Source of the DNA: Bacteroidota bacterium
GTDB lineage: Bacteria > Bacteroidota > Bacteroidia > JABEUT01
Reading direction: 5' to 3'
Assembly: GCA_021823405.1 (NCBI GenBank)
Contig: JAKAOA010000003.1
Location: forward strand, 1-60,139
DNA length: 60,139 nucleotides
Made by a program: the position numbers and the translations under genes. Below are positions 59,528-60,139 of this stretch, in pieces (the first letter of the stretch is position 1; each line of letters begins with the position of its first letter). Below the pieces are notes generated by a model, which worked only from the letters and a program-made list of their open reading frames with translations, did no database searches and was not told the DNA's origin.

Positions 59528-60139
59528 ATGGCTAAAACCAAAACAGCTTTTTTCTGCCAGAACTGCGGCGCTCAATCTGCAAAATGGGTAGGCAAATGCC
59601 CCTCATGCGGTGAATGGAACACTTTTGTAGAAGAAGTGATTAAAAACGAAAAAGAGGAAAAGAAACCCTATACCGTCACCTCCGATAAACCCTATCTTAT
59701 TTCCGACATTCTGCCGGGTAATACCTTCCGTATCCCCTTGCCCGATAAGGAACTAAACAGGGTATTGGGCGGCGGACTTGTGCAGGGCTCGCTGGTGTTA
59801 TTCGGCGGAGAACCGGGTATCGGCAAGTCCACTCTTTTATTACAGATAGCTCTTTCAGCCGGCGGACTTAAAGTATTGTATGTATCGGGTGAGGAAAGTC
59901 AGGATCAGATCCGCATGCGCGCAGAACGCACCGGTATTAAAAACAAGAATTGCTACATACTTACAGAAACCCTGATACAAAATGTATTCCACCAGGCGGA
60001 ACTGGTGAAACCGGACCTGCTCGTTATCGATTCCATCCAAACCCTGAATACCAACCTTATAGATTCAACCCCGGGCAGCATATCGCAGGTGCGGCAATGC
60101 ACCGCCGATTTGATGCGGTATTCCAAAACTACCAAAGTG
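59528..60139 (+). CDS. radA: DNA repair protein RadA. The 5' part only; it runs off the window.
   Basis: It is absent from the ORF track because no stop is reached. Zinc finger CQNCGAQSAKWVGKCPSCGEWNT; Walker A GGEPGIGKST. Confidence 0.93.
   Translation, partial: MAKTKTAFFCQNCGAQSAKWVGKCPSCGEWNTFVEEVIKNEKEEKKPYTVTSDKPYLISDILPGNTFRIPLPDKELNRVLGGGLVQGSLVLFGGEPGIGKSTLLLQIALSAGGLKVLYVSGEESQDQIRMRAERTGIKNKNCYILTETLIQNVFHQAELVKPDLLVIDSIQTLNTNLIDSTPGSISQVRQCTADLMRYSKTTKV

Overview
This is a Bacteroidota-type chromosomal segment. Supporting signs are TAnnTTTG -7 promoter boxes ahead of many genes, two proteins with T9SS C-terminal sorting domains, and mostly SD-less starts. About 90% of it is ordinary core genome: clpX, lemA, holB, an ECF sigma/anti-sigma operon, rpsF-rpsR-rplI, a complete his operon (hisG-D-C-B-H-A-F-IE), a CopA-type P-type ATPase, thrS-infC-rpmI-rplT, kdsA, mutY, a lolA-like gene, dusB, dut, a partial radA, and several envelope and glycosyltransferase genes. 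No tRNA, rRNA, CRISPR array, transposase or integrase was seen. The clear outlier is the left 4.1 kb. It holds an AT-rich, tightly packed three-gene minus-strand operon: a 616-aa protein ending in a HEPN-like LRNRIAHG (Rx4H) motif, plus 164-aa and 135-aa partners. The operon is bracketed by about 430/490-bp direct repeats that contain 3 versus 4 copies of a 64-bp hairpin unit, and it sits next to a 206-bp palindromic element. I consider this the best candidate for an undescribed defence or toxin-immunity module. Other points of interest are a His-rich leader peptide plus U-tract hairpin upstream of hisG; a cobalamin riboswitch driving an atypical operon (a T9SS beta-propeller, a membrane protein, a PP-loop ATPase and a signal-less BtuF-like protein, with no btuB/C/D); a non-AUG infC start; a frameshifted YdeI-like gene; and tandem paralogous TPR/PD40 envelope proteins. 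All family assignments come from motif recognition by eye. No searches were run.
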